Below are positions 1-10,910 of a stretch of DNA of 58,938 nt, in pieces (positions within the stretch are counted from its first letter, which is position 1; each line of letters begins with the position of its first letter). The DNA is taken from contig NW_021834398.1 in the NCBI RefSeq assembly GCF_006345805.1, forward strand, positions 1 to 58,938, in the 5' to 3' direction. The stretch comes from Octopus sinensis. Taxonomy: Eukaryota. A program made the translations under genes and the position numbers. The notes beneath the pieces are model-generated. The model did not search any database. It saw only the letters and a program-made list of their open reading frames with translations, and had not been told where the DNA came from.

Positions 1-204
1 CTACCATTCGTTAAACTATCTATCTTTTCTCATCTCATCTCAACCCATATCGTCACAATTTCTCAACATAACATCTGAAGTTGTATCAAACAATGAACAT
101 TTAGAGAATCATTAAGTTGATTTCTTTGAAATCCTTGACAAAAGCTGATATTTTCGAAAAAAAATAATGAAGGCAAATAAAAGAACTAGGTGTTTTATTT
201 ATCT

Positions 205-400
205 TCTATCTTTTATTTCGTTATTTGGCTGCGGCTATGATGGGGCACTGACTTGAAGCCTTTAGGTCGAAGAAATCAGCCACAGTACTTATTTTTTACT
301 TGTCTGATGCTTATCTTATTCGAACTGCTATTTCAAGGGGACGTAAACCAACCGACATCGGTTGTCAAGCAGTGAGGGAGGACGAATGCAGGCACAAAAG
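205..400 (-). mobile_element. 3' part of SINE family A (tail shared with CR1)
   Basis: Degenerate match to the reverse complement of the copies at 29740 and 38322 (ggggacgtaaac...catcggttgtcaagc). Confidence 0.6.
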
Positions 401-459
401 TACTGATACTACTCATACATACGCACACACACGCATTCATCTAGCTATTATGTAACTCG

Positions 460-498
<39 letters not shown>

Positions 499-502
<4 letters not shown>

Positions 503-700
503 TTAATCCAAACAAGAAAACAAAAACAAAAAAACAACAACGCAAGGACGTGGCACAAATAAAGTATTATTGGACGCTCAAGAAGAAGGAAGAAGGAGGG
601 TTTGACGTTCGAGCGGAGCTCTTCGTCGGAAACATAGGAGAAGGAAAGATCCCGAGACGGGAAGACACAGGAAAAAATCGCTAGTGATACAGACGAGGTC
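499..700 (-). mobile_element. Short non-autonomous repeat, probably Penelope-like terminal repeat, copy 1
   Basis: Homologous to 785-990 and 52128-52320, bordered by TA-rich microsatellite, contains a hammerhead-shaped motif. Confidence 0.55.
600..633 (-). ncRNA. Minimal hammerhead-like motif, U4C core, GAAA reduced to GAA
   Basis: Minus strand reads GTTT CCGACGA A GAG ctccg CTC GAA CGTC AAAC; stem I GTTT/AAAC, stem II GAG/CTC. Confidence 0.4.
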
Positions 701-784
701 ACATACAAAAAAGCATATATATGTATATATATACACTCATACATATATTATATGTGTGTATATATATATTATATATATATATAA

Positions 785-990
785 GGTTAATCCAAACGGG
801 AAAACAGAAAAAACAACAACACGTGGAACAATTACAGTATTATTATTATTAGGCGCTCAGGAAAATGGAAGAAGGAAGGTATGACGTTTCGAGCGGAGCT
901 CTTCGTCGGAAAATAAGAGAAGGAAGAAAGAAGAAAGATCCCGATGTGGCGAAAGAGGGAAAAAAAACGCGACTGGTGTTTACGAGTTGC
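785..990 (-). mobile_element. Same repeat family, copy 2, tandem with copy 1
   Basis: Shares ttaatccaaac...gaaaac...gtattatt...cgctca...cgagcggagctcttcgtcggaaa with copy 1, about 285 bp downstream. Confidence 0.55.
879..913 (-). ncRNA. Minimal hammerhead-like motif, U4C core, GUC site
   Basis: Minus strand reads TTTT CCGACGA A GAG ctccg CTC GAAA CGTC atac; palindromic ACGT helix III; stem I poorly paired. Confidence 0.4.
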
Positions 991-1698
991 ACATGCTGAA
1001 ATGACCGGAAGTTTGGAAACCAAGGCCAAAGTAGGTTTTTAAAGCCAAAAGAGTGGAGACAGGAAGTTGGTAACAAAAAATGATGTGTATGTATGTGTGA
1101 GTGTGTGCATGTGTGTGTGAGGCGAGATAAAAAAACAAAAGATATATGTATATGTTAGTGCGTGCGTCAGTATGTAAGTGTGTAAGGTAGGGCGAACAGT
1201 AGTTGACATAGCAAGTCTCAAGTGAGTGGTCAGTAGTAAAAAAAAAAAAAAAGGAGGAAGGAGGGAAGAAGGGAAGGAGGGAAAGGGTGGGGGCGTATGT
1301 AACATGTCTGTCTGTGATGAGTGGTAGTGTGTGTGTGTCCAGTGTGCGTAGTTGTATGTAAGGCAAGTAATTTTGACGTGTGTGTAAGTGTAATGTATAT
1401 GTATATGCAAATGTGTGTGTGTGAGTGTGTGTGTGTATGTGTGTGCGTGTGTGTTTGCAAAAGTGTGTGTGTGAGTGGGTGTGTGTATGTGTGTGCGTGT
1501 GTGTACAACAAGGCGGGGGGGTATTAAGGAAAAAACTGAAGCTGAGGGAAAGATGGAAGAGTGGTCCCGCGGTGACAGGCGTGGGAGCACCCAAAGACAC
1601 GCGCCCGCCCCAGATACGGACAGGAGAAATAGTCGGTAACCACGAGCTTGGTGCATGCATGCGCATATATATATATATTATATATATATACAGATATA

Positions 1699-1741
<43 letters not shown>

Positions 1742-1770
1742 ACAGATATATATATGTATATATACACATG

Positions 1771-1990
1771 CAGGCGCATGGCTTAGTGGTAAAGATGTTT
1801 CACTCACGATTGCCTTCTTGAGCAAAGCACTTTATTTCACGTTGCTCTGCGATCGTTGCGACATCTGACATGTGTCACACGTTGCACCTTTACAAGCAAT
1901 GTCGATCTGATGGAGGGAATGAGCTTATGTGTACATCAATATTTCATCACCATAAACAAACCATGTGCGGTTATTTGGTAAGAAATTCTC
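1771..1990 (+). mobile_element. Degenerate tRNA-head SINE related to family C
   Basis: ggcgcatggcttagtggt (A-box-like) followed by cttgagcaaagcactttatttcacgttgctc, similar to 4958-5070. Confidence 0.5.
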
Positions 1991-2099
1991 AAACCTTCAT
2001 ACGTCGTCTAACCACGGAAGAGTTCATCACATACACATATGTGTGTGTGTGTATGTACACAGACATGACAAAAATAAATAGACACCCTTATAATCGTTA

Positions 2100-2900
2100 A
2101 AATTTATTGAAATCTGCAATTATACATTCAAATTATTTATTAATTATTATAATGTGAATATCTAATATTTAGCAGACATACCCATTGCATTTTTCATTGC
2201 AAGGACCCTATTAGGCATGCTACTGATTAGAAGACGTATACTCTCTTGAGGAATTTTTTGCCAAGTTTCATAAAGTAATTTCAAAAGATCTAGCTTTGAG
2301 GATGTTTTCTTTTTCTTTTTACAAAGTGTACTGACCATTATGTCCCAAAGGTGTTCAGTAGGGTTCATATTTGATGACTGGCTTCGCTATGGTAGCTTTT
2401 GAATGCCATTCTCTTCCAACCAATCCTCGGTCTTTTTAGCAGTGTGACAAGGAGCCCATCTTCCCCAAATAAAATGTCTTCTTTAATTATTTTACCATTG
2501 GGGAAGATTGGAAAGAATCCTTTCCGCAATGTTGACACATATTTATCTGAGTTTATGTTTCACTCACACTCCACCAGCTCTGATCAACCATTGCTCCAAA
2601 TTGCTCCCCAGACCATCATAGAATAGGCGCCATGTTTCATTGTTGGCTATAATCTTCTCGGATCAATTCTTGATCACAGACTGGTCAACCTGGACAAGGT
2701 GATGAGGACTCTTTCCGCTCTCTGGTGAATTGCACAATCACTCTATTAACTGTAGAAAACAGGATCCCAAGGTTTACTGCACTTTTACGCCTTCAGATTG
2801 ACCCACAATATGACCTCTTTGAAATTCGGATGATTCCAATGCTTTCTTTTAACGTGGTATGATTAAACAGTCACATATAGAACTTGAAACATAAAAATGG
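2100..2900 (-). mobile_element. Tc1 (DD34E-type) transposon relic with internal deletion
   Basis: Minus-strand translation gives KHGAYSMMVWGAIW and MNPTEHLWDIM...WQKIPQESIRLLISSMPNRV, with stops; 2687-2865 is an inverted homologue of 5825-5990. Confidence 0.85.
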
Positions 2901-3082
2901 CAATTAATAAAAAATATAAACCTTTGTTAGTTAAAATAAGCATAACTGTTCTATGGAATGTCTATTTATTTCTGTTATGTCTATGTATGTATATATATAT
3001 ATATATATATATATTGTTTGGTAAGACTTCAATAAGTTGTATAGCATTCAATGAACTAAGCGAGTAGAGTTATAATAAAAGC

Positions 3083-3269
3083 CACAAGTCTTGTAATATA
3101 CTGCTACCCAGGTATTTCTGGTCGAAATATTAATTTCTTTCGCTTTTGAAGCTGATTAAAACAACACAATTGACACACCGTCTACTGTTTTTATCAGCTT
3201 GAAAAATGGCGATAAAACTTATTATTTTGACCAGGACCCCCTGGGTAGCAGTATCCCACAAAACTTGTG
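3083..3269. mobile_element. ~190-bp foldback (MITE-like) element
   Basis: Arms cacaagtcttgtaatatactgctacccagg / cctgggtagcagtatcccacaaaacttgtg plus inner pair aagctgattaaaac / gtttttatcagctt. Confidence 0.7.
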
Positions 3270-3298
3270 ATTTATATTACAAGATATATATATACATA

Positions 3299-3440
3299 GG
3301 GAGAATTTACGAAAAAAAAATCAACAAAAGACGAAGACAAGTGGTGTATAAAACAAACAGATGTATTAGTATAACGCTTAGAAATAGAAAAAGTCTTTTA
3401 CGTTTCGAGCGTACGCTCTTCTACAGAAAGGGACAAAGGA
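3299..3440 (-). mobile_element. Short repeat, probably Penelope-related, same family as 54745-54915
   Basis: Reverse-complement similarity to 54745-54915; contains hammerhead-shaped motif. Confidence 0.55.
3395..3430 (-). ncRNA. Minimal hammerhead-like motif, A6U core, GUA site
   Basis: Minus strand reads CTTT CTGTAGA A GAGC gtac GCTC GAAA CGTA AAAG; stems I and II fully paired. Confidence 0.5.
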
Positions 3441-4534
3441 AAAAGGTGGTGGGTATGATGGTGGTCATCGTCGTCATCGTCGTGACGATGGTGATCGAGA
3501 TGGTTGTAGCGCTCTACCTCAGCAGTAACGTTCTTCCACACCACCACCACCAAACACACACAGTTTCCGCCTATTTTTTTCTTCTACAGGCTTTAGTAGA
3601 ACCGAGGTTATGGCAGACGTCACTCGCCCAAAGTATTGCACAAGCAACTAATTGAACCCGAAACCACGTAGTTCATTTAACGAACTTCTTTACCACACAG
3701 CCATACCTGCGAGGGAGATTTGATCACTATTTCTACCAAGTCGTTGTAGTAGACAGAAGCCTCCTTCATTCTTAATGATCTGTTATAGCCGTAACCTGTT
3801 TACGAATTTATTGAAACGGAGGCCATTTTATCGACGTATCAAGAACCACGTGACCATATCATCATTCATTGTAGAGCCCAACCACAGAACAGTAGATTAC
3901 TATGTCCTCTCTCTCTATCTCTCTATCTCTCTCTCTCCCTCTCTCTCTCTCCCTCTCTCTCCCTCTCTCTCCCCTCTCTCTCTCCCTCTCTCTCTCCCTC
4001 TCTATTGTTTCTAATTCTGCCTTCTACAGACAGATCCGTAGGCAGTGTAGTTAATATTATCACACAAGGTTTCAATTCATTTGCTATGAGTTGTTTGCGT
4101 TACGTGTACAGAGGACGACGGAATATATTAGGATATATACATAAGCATGGACGCGTTTATTATTACAGAGTATTCTATTTTATGAGGAATCTTAATACAT
4201 GTATATTAAATAGTAGATATTTAATGAGTTTTCCTGCTGGTAATTGTCTCTCTTTTATTATGTTAACTAATACATTGAAATGCTTCTTAGCCGCTAGCTT
4301 TAATTAGTCGACTTGAAAATGTTGTGTTATGTAATTTCTGTTTACATCGAGATAACAATATATTCATTTACGTTTCCTCAGTCTTTTGTACTAAATTTCT
4401 AGATAAGAAGCAATTGTTTATCATTTTGGTTTTGTTCTACTGTAGCCTCGAGTCAGCCCTGATTGAGAAGACATGATGATGAAAGGCCTTCCAGGATTGA
4501 CCATCCCGTCTTTGTTGTATATCAGGAACTACCT

Positions 4535-4925
4535 TATCCCAAATGTGCTTCATTTTCTTTTCTCTTTTATAATATTTGAGCCAGATTTGGTTTCTATTTC
4601 TGGCACGTCGAGCGGCTACGTAGAAACTCTTTCAACGTTACGTATATTGTCGTCGTCGTCTTCGTCATTATTGTTATTGTTGTTGTTGGTGGTGGTGTTG
4701 TTGTTCAAAATGTGCTTCATTTTTTTTTTACTATAACCGCAATGATTGATTTGAGGAAGATTTGGTTTCTACTTCTAGTAAGTCAAACAGCTACGCAGAG
4801 GTTCCTTGAAAATCAAGTTGTTCAAAATATGCTTCATATTTTATAATTGCAAATAATGATTTCAGGGTGATTTGATTTCTATTTCTAGTAAATCTAGCGG
4901 TTACGTAGAGGCTACTTAAACGTAT
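4535..4925 (+). repeat. Three degenerate direct copies of a 110-170 bp unit
   Basis: Recurrent aaatrtgcttcat and gatttgrtttctayttct(a/g)g...ctacg motifs near 4540/4585, 4707/4758 and 4824/4870. Confidence 0.6.
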
Positions 4926-4957
4926 TTTTTGTTGTTGTTGTTGTTGTTGTTGCTGTG

Positions 4958-5248
4958 AAGGCGCGTGGCTTACTGGTTAGAGTATTAGGCTCACGATCGT
5001 AATTTCGTGAGTTCGATTCCTGGCGGAACGTTATATCCTTGAGCAAGACTATTTCATATTAGCTCCAGTCTACTTAGCTGCCAAAAGTGAGTCGTACTTG
5101 TACTTTAAAAGGTCATTCTGTGTAACGCTGGAACTCTCTTTGAGCTACGTTAAGGGTGCGCATGACCGTGGAGTACTCAGCCACAAGCAGGCTGTTCCGT
5201 TGATCGGATCGATTGGAACCTGCGTCGTCGTAACCGATGAAGTACCAT
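4958..5248 (+). mobile_element. tRNA-derived SINE family C, near full length
   Basis: A box gtggcttactggttag and B box gagttcgattcc, then ccttgagcaagac core-like motif. Confidence 0.75.
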
Positions 5249-5444
5249 TCGTTGTTGTTGTTGTGGTTTCCTTTCGGTTCAACCTTGACGGATCAGACCT
5301 ATCATCAAAGACAGTCCAACCGTAACCATCTACTTTCCTTTTAAAATAGCGAGGTTTAATTTTAGCGGGATTCTGATTGATATTTCTAGGAGATCCGGTA
5401 ATCACATACAAGTTCCCTTACTAACACGCTTCTGATTTTGTCTC

Positions 5445-5800
5445 TTGTTGCTGTTGTTGTTGTTGTTGGCTTTGTTGCTGTTGTTTTTGTTGCCGTCGTC
5501 GTTGTCGCTGGTTTTGTTTTCGGTGGTAGTGTTGTTGTTATTGTTAGAAAAGATGGTGATGTTTGTGTCGTTATTATTGTTGGTGGTGGTGCTTGAGCAG
5601 TTGCTGTTGTCGTTGTTTGGTGGTGATGACAGTGGTAGTAGAGATGCTATTTGTGGTGGTGGTAGTGGTAGTGGTGGTGGTCGTCGTCGTCGTCGTCGTG
5701 GACATCGTCGTCATCGTCGTCATCGGCGTCATCGGCTTCGTCATCGTAACCGCCATCGCCGACATGATGCTGAAAGTGATGAAGACAATAATGGCATTTA
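5445..5800. repeat. Compound trinucleotide microsatellite (GTT/GGT/CGT/CAT)
   Basis: Directly visible; explains the overlapping low-complexity ORFs. Confidence 0.95.
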
Positions 5801-5824
5801 GCTTCAACTCAGCAGTTAGATAAC

Positions 5825-6230
5825 AATCATACCACGTTAAAAGAAAGCATTGGAATTGTCCGAATTTCAAAGAGGCGATATTGTGGGTCAATCTGAAGGC
5901 GTAAAAGTGCAGTAAACCTTGGGATCCCATAGAGTGATTGTGCAATGAGGAGAAAGAGTCCTCATCACTTTGTCCAGGTGGACCAGAGTCCTCTGACAAC
6001 TCTTCGCTTTGTTAAGAGAAGTGCGGAGGATAATCCTCTTTGCAAGGCCTCTGACATAGCAAAAGAAGTTGATGTTAGTCCTAGAACAGCTGTCAGGTAT
6101 CTCCATAAACTTGGCTACTAAGGCAGAGCGGCAAGAAGGAAGCCACTTCTTCGATCAGCCAATATCAAGCGGAGAAAAGATTAGGTCAGTGAGACGGTGG
6201 AAAGGCCACTAGCATTTTGAAACAGTTAGA
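5825..6230 (+). mobile_element. Tc1 transposase N-terminal fragment, same family as 2100-2900
   Basis: Translation ...KASDIAKEVDVSPRTAVRYLHKLGY*GRAARRKPLL... is a Tc1-type DNA-binding region with stops. Confidence 0.85.
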
Positions 6231-6551
6231 ACTATAGTCAAAATATTCCTCCCTCATTTTTCCCATCATTTTTGTGTAGCTCTTATTACGCAGCCAAACT
6301 TGTTTTTTTTCTTCTTTTATAATAGTAGGGATGTAATATAACTGAATTTAGCTGCTAACTGTAGCAAGTCGAAAAGATACTCATCCCAAGACGAGATAGA
6401 GCACACTTGGGGTACTTTTAATCATAGGTTCTTCACTCACGGCTGGCTGGAAGCTAAAATATAGCAGCAATCATAAAGAGAGCCTCTGTGAGTTAATTTC
6501 GCACTTGATTATGGTATTATATATATATAACAAATATATTCTATCGTTTGC

Positions 6552-6755
6552 AAGGCAGCGAGCTGGTAGAATCGTTAGCACGCAAGACAAAATGCTCAGC
6601 GGCATTTAGTCCTCTTCACGTTCTGAGTTTAAATTCCTCCGAGGGCGACTTTGCTTTTAATCCTTAAAAGAAGTGACAGTTGAGCATGGGAGTTGCTGCA
6701 ATCGACTTATCTTTTATCCCGAGATAACACGCATTGTGCCAAATTTGAAACCAAT
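6552..6755 (+). mobile_element. SINE family B
   Basis: aaggcagcgagctggtagaatcgttagcacg head and cgactttgctttt.atcc core shared with many copies in the window. Confidence 0.8.
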
Positions 6756-7129
6756 ATTTATATTTATCGTTTGTTATGAAGGAGTTAATGAACTACAAAA
6801 GCCTAGAGGTTCTACGTTTTTTTTTTGTTTTGTTCAGTTTGTTTGTTTTCTTTTTGTTTTTTTTTCAAATTTCATTTTACTGTTAGCTGTGGCTCGATTT
6901 GATTGACTAACGTTTCCCTCCAAAGTTGTTTCAGTTTAATTTAGAATACATTCCAACACCAGATAATTTAATAGAAAAAAAGCAAACTTGGATTGCAATC
7001 TGAAAGATGAAACTCAACACATTGATAATTTAGAGCCTTTAAGTGACAACGCATTAATGAATAATCAACATTTACGATTTTCCTGATGATATTATTTCAA
7101 AACCAAGATGTATTTACACCTTTGTAACA

Positions 7130-7500
7130 AAGAATAACGGTACAATATTCCAATGCAAACAGTAAACCGGTTCAAATACAATAAGCCCGGTATTGGTCTG
7201 TGAAACAATTCTAGAGCCCAGCGGATGTAAACGTCCCATCAAAACTTCAGAGGAAAAGAACATCTATGGTGAATCAATGCAGAACTTACAGTTCTTGTAC
7301 CCTGGTTATAAATATTCATTCTTACTTCTCATCATAGGTGCACTAGGTTATGTAACAACGGATTTGTACAAACCGTAAAAATGCCAGGATTTTCTAAGAA
7401 AGAGCAATAGAAATCGACGCGCATCCTCCAAGTCCAATCTATTACCGGCACAGTGAAAATCTGCAAGACATTCCATAGATTCTCTGCCTGAGATTTTTTG
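7130..7500 (+). mobile_element. Decayed C-terminal restriction-like endonuclease region of an RLE-class LINE
   Basis: Translated pieces NKP(G), QNLQFLYPGYKYSFLLLIIGALGYV resemble the RLE terminus also seen at 16293-16680. Confidence 0.6.
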
Positions 7501-7811
7501 AAAGAATTTACGCAAACACTTAGTTGTGTTCATGTACAAAGACAAATACGGAAACAGCAATGATGCACCCACACACATTCACATACACACACGCACTTGC
7601 ACAAAAGTTTAAATCCTAAAGAGGAGGCAAATGCATGCTCCCACATATATGCACACAGTAACTTAACCTTATATTTACAAACGTCGTGAACTTTCTTAAC
7701 CCCAAAAGTTTTCTCACTTTGTTAGCGACTGGCGTGAACTCCATTAAGAACTCCAATAAATCGTAAAGAAAGTTATACACACACACACATACATACACAG
7801 ACATATATGTA

Positions 7812-8017
7812 ATGGTAATAATAATAATAAAAATAATAACAACAACAATACTAATACTACTACAACTACTATTACTACTACTACTACTATCACTACTACT
7901 ACCACCACTACTACTACTACTACTACTACTGCTACTACCACTACTACTACTACTACTGCTACTACTACTACTACTACTACAAATAATAATAATAATAATA
8001 ATTATTATTATTATTAT

Positions 8018-8082
<65 letters not shown>
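7812..8082. repeat. Compound (TAC)n/(TAA)n microsatellite
   Basis: Directly visible. Confidence 0.95.
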
Positions 8083-8084
<2 letters not shown>

Positions 8085-9705
8085 GGATGGATCTCTGTCA
8101 CAATTTCCCATCATAGGTTGTCAGTTGTTCGATCATTTGAACTACAAAGCTAATTGAATTTGCGTGCAAGAGACCGAATATTCTATCGATGCGTATAACT
8201 CTCAGGCGGAATCAGCATGATGGATTATGACAAGGCTGAATCTTTTAATTGGCTTGCAGGTATTATTCGTAACAGGTAAATACAACCTCGTTACATTTAA
8301 TTACAATAAGAAAAATAGACAATTCCACTTCATTATGCTTTACACTTAAGAAAGTTTCCCCCTACAACATTAAGTTTCGTATATGACTGTCTACGAAATT
8401 GTTAATAGGTCGCTACTTGAGTCACAATTTTGCTGCGGGAAAATACGAGAGGCGACACAAATATATCACAGCGAGAGAAAATGCGTCGGATGAACGAAAC
8501 GAAATATCTCCGCAGTATCATACGAATTTTGGAGCAAAGATTAATGGCTCATTATCCGATGTCATGGTGATACCTACTATTGACTATCGGCGTTAGTTCT
8601 TCGACATATCTGTAACCACAGCTCTTTCAGTCAATGCTCGAGTCTATTAACCCATCATTAAACGGAGTTTAGGAGAAATGCTGAATATAGGGCTCTGCAG
8701 TCTGCGTCTGGGAGAAAAATACGACAACCTCAACGTGGCCTCCTTTATGAGTTTGTAATTGAATTAAGTGAAAATAATGTTCTTACAATATATAAGGACA
8801 ACACATAATAATTATTCAACGCATATAAAACTGCCAAGTAAGCTATCTTGAGGGTTTCACTCACATATTTGTCGTGTCATTGTCCCCACACAGGCGCGAG
8901 GGGGCGAATACATACACACACACACACACATACATACAAAAACACACACACCATACAAAAACACACACACACAACCAAGCATACATACGTACATACATAC
9001 ATACATCTATACATACATACATCCATGCATACATACATGCATACATACATACATACATACATACATACATACATACATACATACATACATACATAATACA
9101 TACATACATACATACACACATATATACAGAGAGAGAGAGAGAGAGAACCTCGTGACTAGAATTTTACGCCGCAACAATCCTTATAGAAGAATTATCGCAG
9201 CTCGATACATGTTCATTTATATCCGTTGCTATGGGTGTTCTATCTTCTGTCGATAGATTGATTGAAGAAAACACACACGAATGTTATAAAAGTTTTCGCC
9301 TGAAGATCACAGCTACATGAAACGCGTGCCTCGACGTAATTTGTTTAACTTACGTAGACATAAAGTCATAGAGAGTTCATATACGCCTTTGCACACACGT
9401 GCACCCAGACACCCACCCACACACACACACACATACACATCTATGTACTGAACTGTTTTTGCTAATAAGTTATGCATAAAACAAGGCACTCAATACATGG
9501 TGCTACGTTGGTGAACAAAACTGGCGATTGGTGATGCAAATTAGCTGCATACAGAATAATATTGTACTATCAGCATATTAAACATATGTGCGTGTGTGTG
9601 TCTGTGTGTATGTGTGTTTGTATATATATATATATATATATATATGACAAAAATGGTACTCGAATAGTGGAGGTAGAGTAATATGCTTTATTAATGAAGC
9701 TGCGG

Positions 9706-9752
<47 letters not shown>

Positions 9753-9756
9753 ATAT

Positions 9757-9807
<51 letters not shown>

Positions 9808-9809
<2 letters not shown>

Positions 9810-10323
9810 ATCAATAATAATAAAGGGTAACGTTAATTAATTAGAAAATTTTTCCAAGTAGTTCGGTTTGTTAAAAGAACCATTATCGGTAAAATTATAC
9901 AAAAATTCTATAATTATGAGCATAATTATAATTTGGGTTCAGCAAAATTTGCTTCACCACATACCGAAATTTAGAAATAGCAGTTAAACTACTATTTTAC
10001 TACCATAAGAAAATCTCCCTGCGTGAGTTGTTGAGTATTGCTGTATGTATGTATGTATGTATGTATGTATGTATGTATGTATGTATGTATGTATGTATGT
10101 ATACACGATATTAAGGCAGCAATATACATTATGAAACGAAAAAGTAAAACTTCAATTGTCATTAATTGTGAGTGAGGGTGCCGAGTAGCACCTATATTGC
10201 AATAAATAGGAGTTGAAAACCCTCAGAGCTGCAAGATGGCAGATTTTCATGTACGGTTCTGTGATAGAAAATTCAACAAAATAAGTACTCCATCCGGTGA
10301 GAGATGAAAGGGTATTTTACATT

Positions 10324-10371
<48 letters not shown>

Positions 10372-10910
10372 ATATTATATATATATATAATCAATAATAA
10401 TAAAGGGTAACGTTAATTAATTAGAAAATTTTTCCAAGTAGTTCGGTTTGTTAAAAGAACCATTATCGGTAAAATTATACAAAAATTCTATAATTATGAG
10501 CATAATTATAATTTGGGTTCAGCAAAATTTGCTTCACCACATACCGAAATTTAGAAATAGCAGTTAAACTACTATTTTACTACCATAAGAAAATCTCCCT
10601 GCGTGAGTTGTTGAGTATTGCTGTATGTATGTATGTATGTATGTATGTATGTATGTATGTATGTATGTATGTATGTATGTATACACGATATTAAGGCAGC
10701 AATATACATTATGAAACGAAAAAGTAAAACTTCAATTGTCATTAATTGTGAGTGAGGGTGCCGAGTAGCACCTATATTGCAATAAATAGGAGTTGAAAAC
10801 CCTCAGAGCTGCAAGATGGCAGATTTTCATGTACGGTTCTGTGATAGAAAATTCAACAAAATAAGTACTCCATCCGGTGAGAGATGAAAGGGTATTTTAC
10901 ATTTATAAAT
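9808..10910 (+). repeat. Apparently identical tandem duplication, period 580 bp, units separated by (TA)n
   Basis: tcaataataataaaggg at 9811 and 10391; atttataaat at 10321 and 10901; internal (ATGT)n tract has the same length in both. Confidence 0.95.

Noticed and set aside
4958-5035. tRNA gene
   Set aside because: A and B boxes belong to a SINE head followed by SINE core; no complete cloverleaf.
9299-9332. CTGAAGA...GAAACGCGTG hammerhead-like string
   Set aside because: Stem II and stem I do not pair and the site would be GUG; at best a decayed relic.
9690-9810. Isolated TT/AA phase flips inside (TA)n tracts throughout the window
   Set aside because: Compatible with sequencing or polishing indels in long TA runs; not interpretable without reads.
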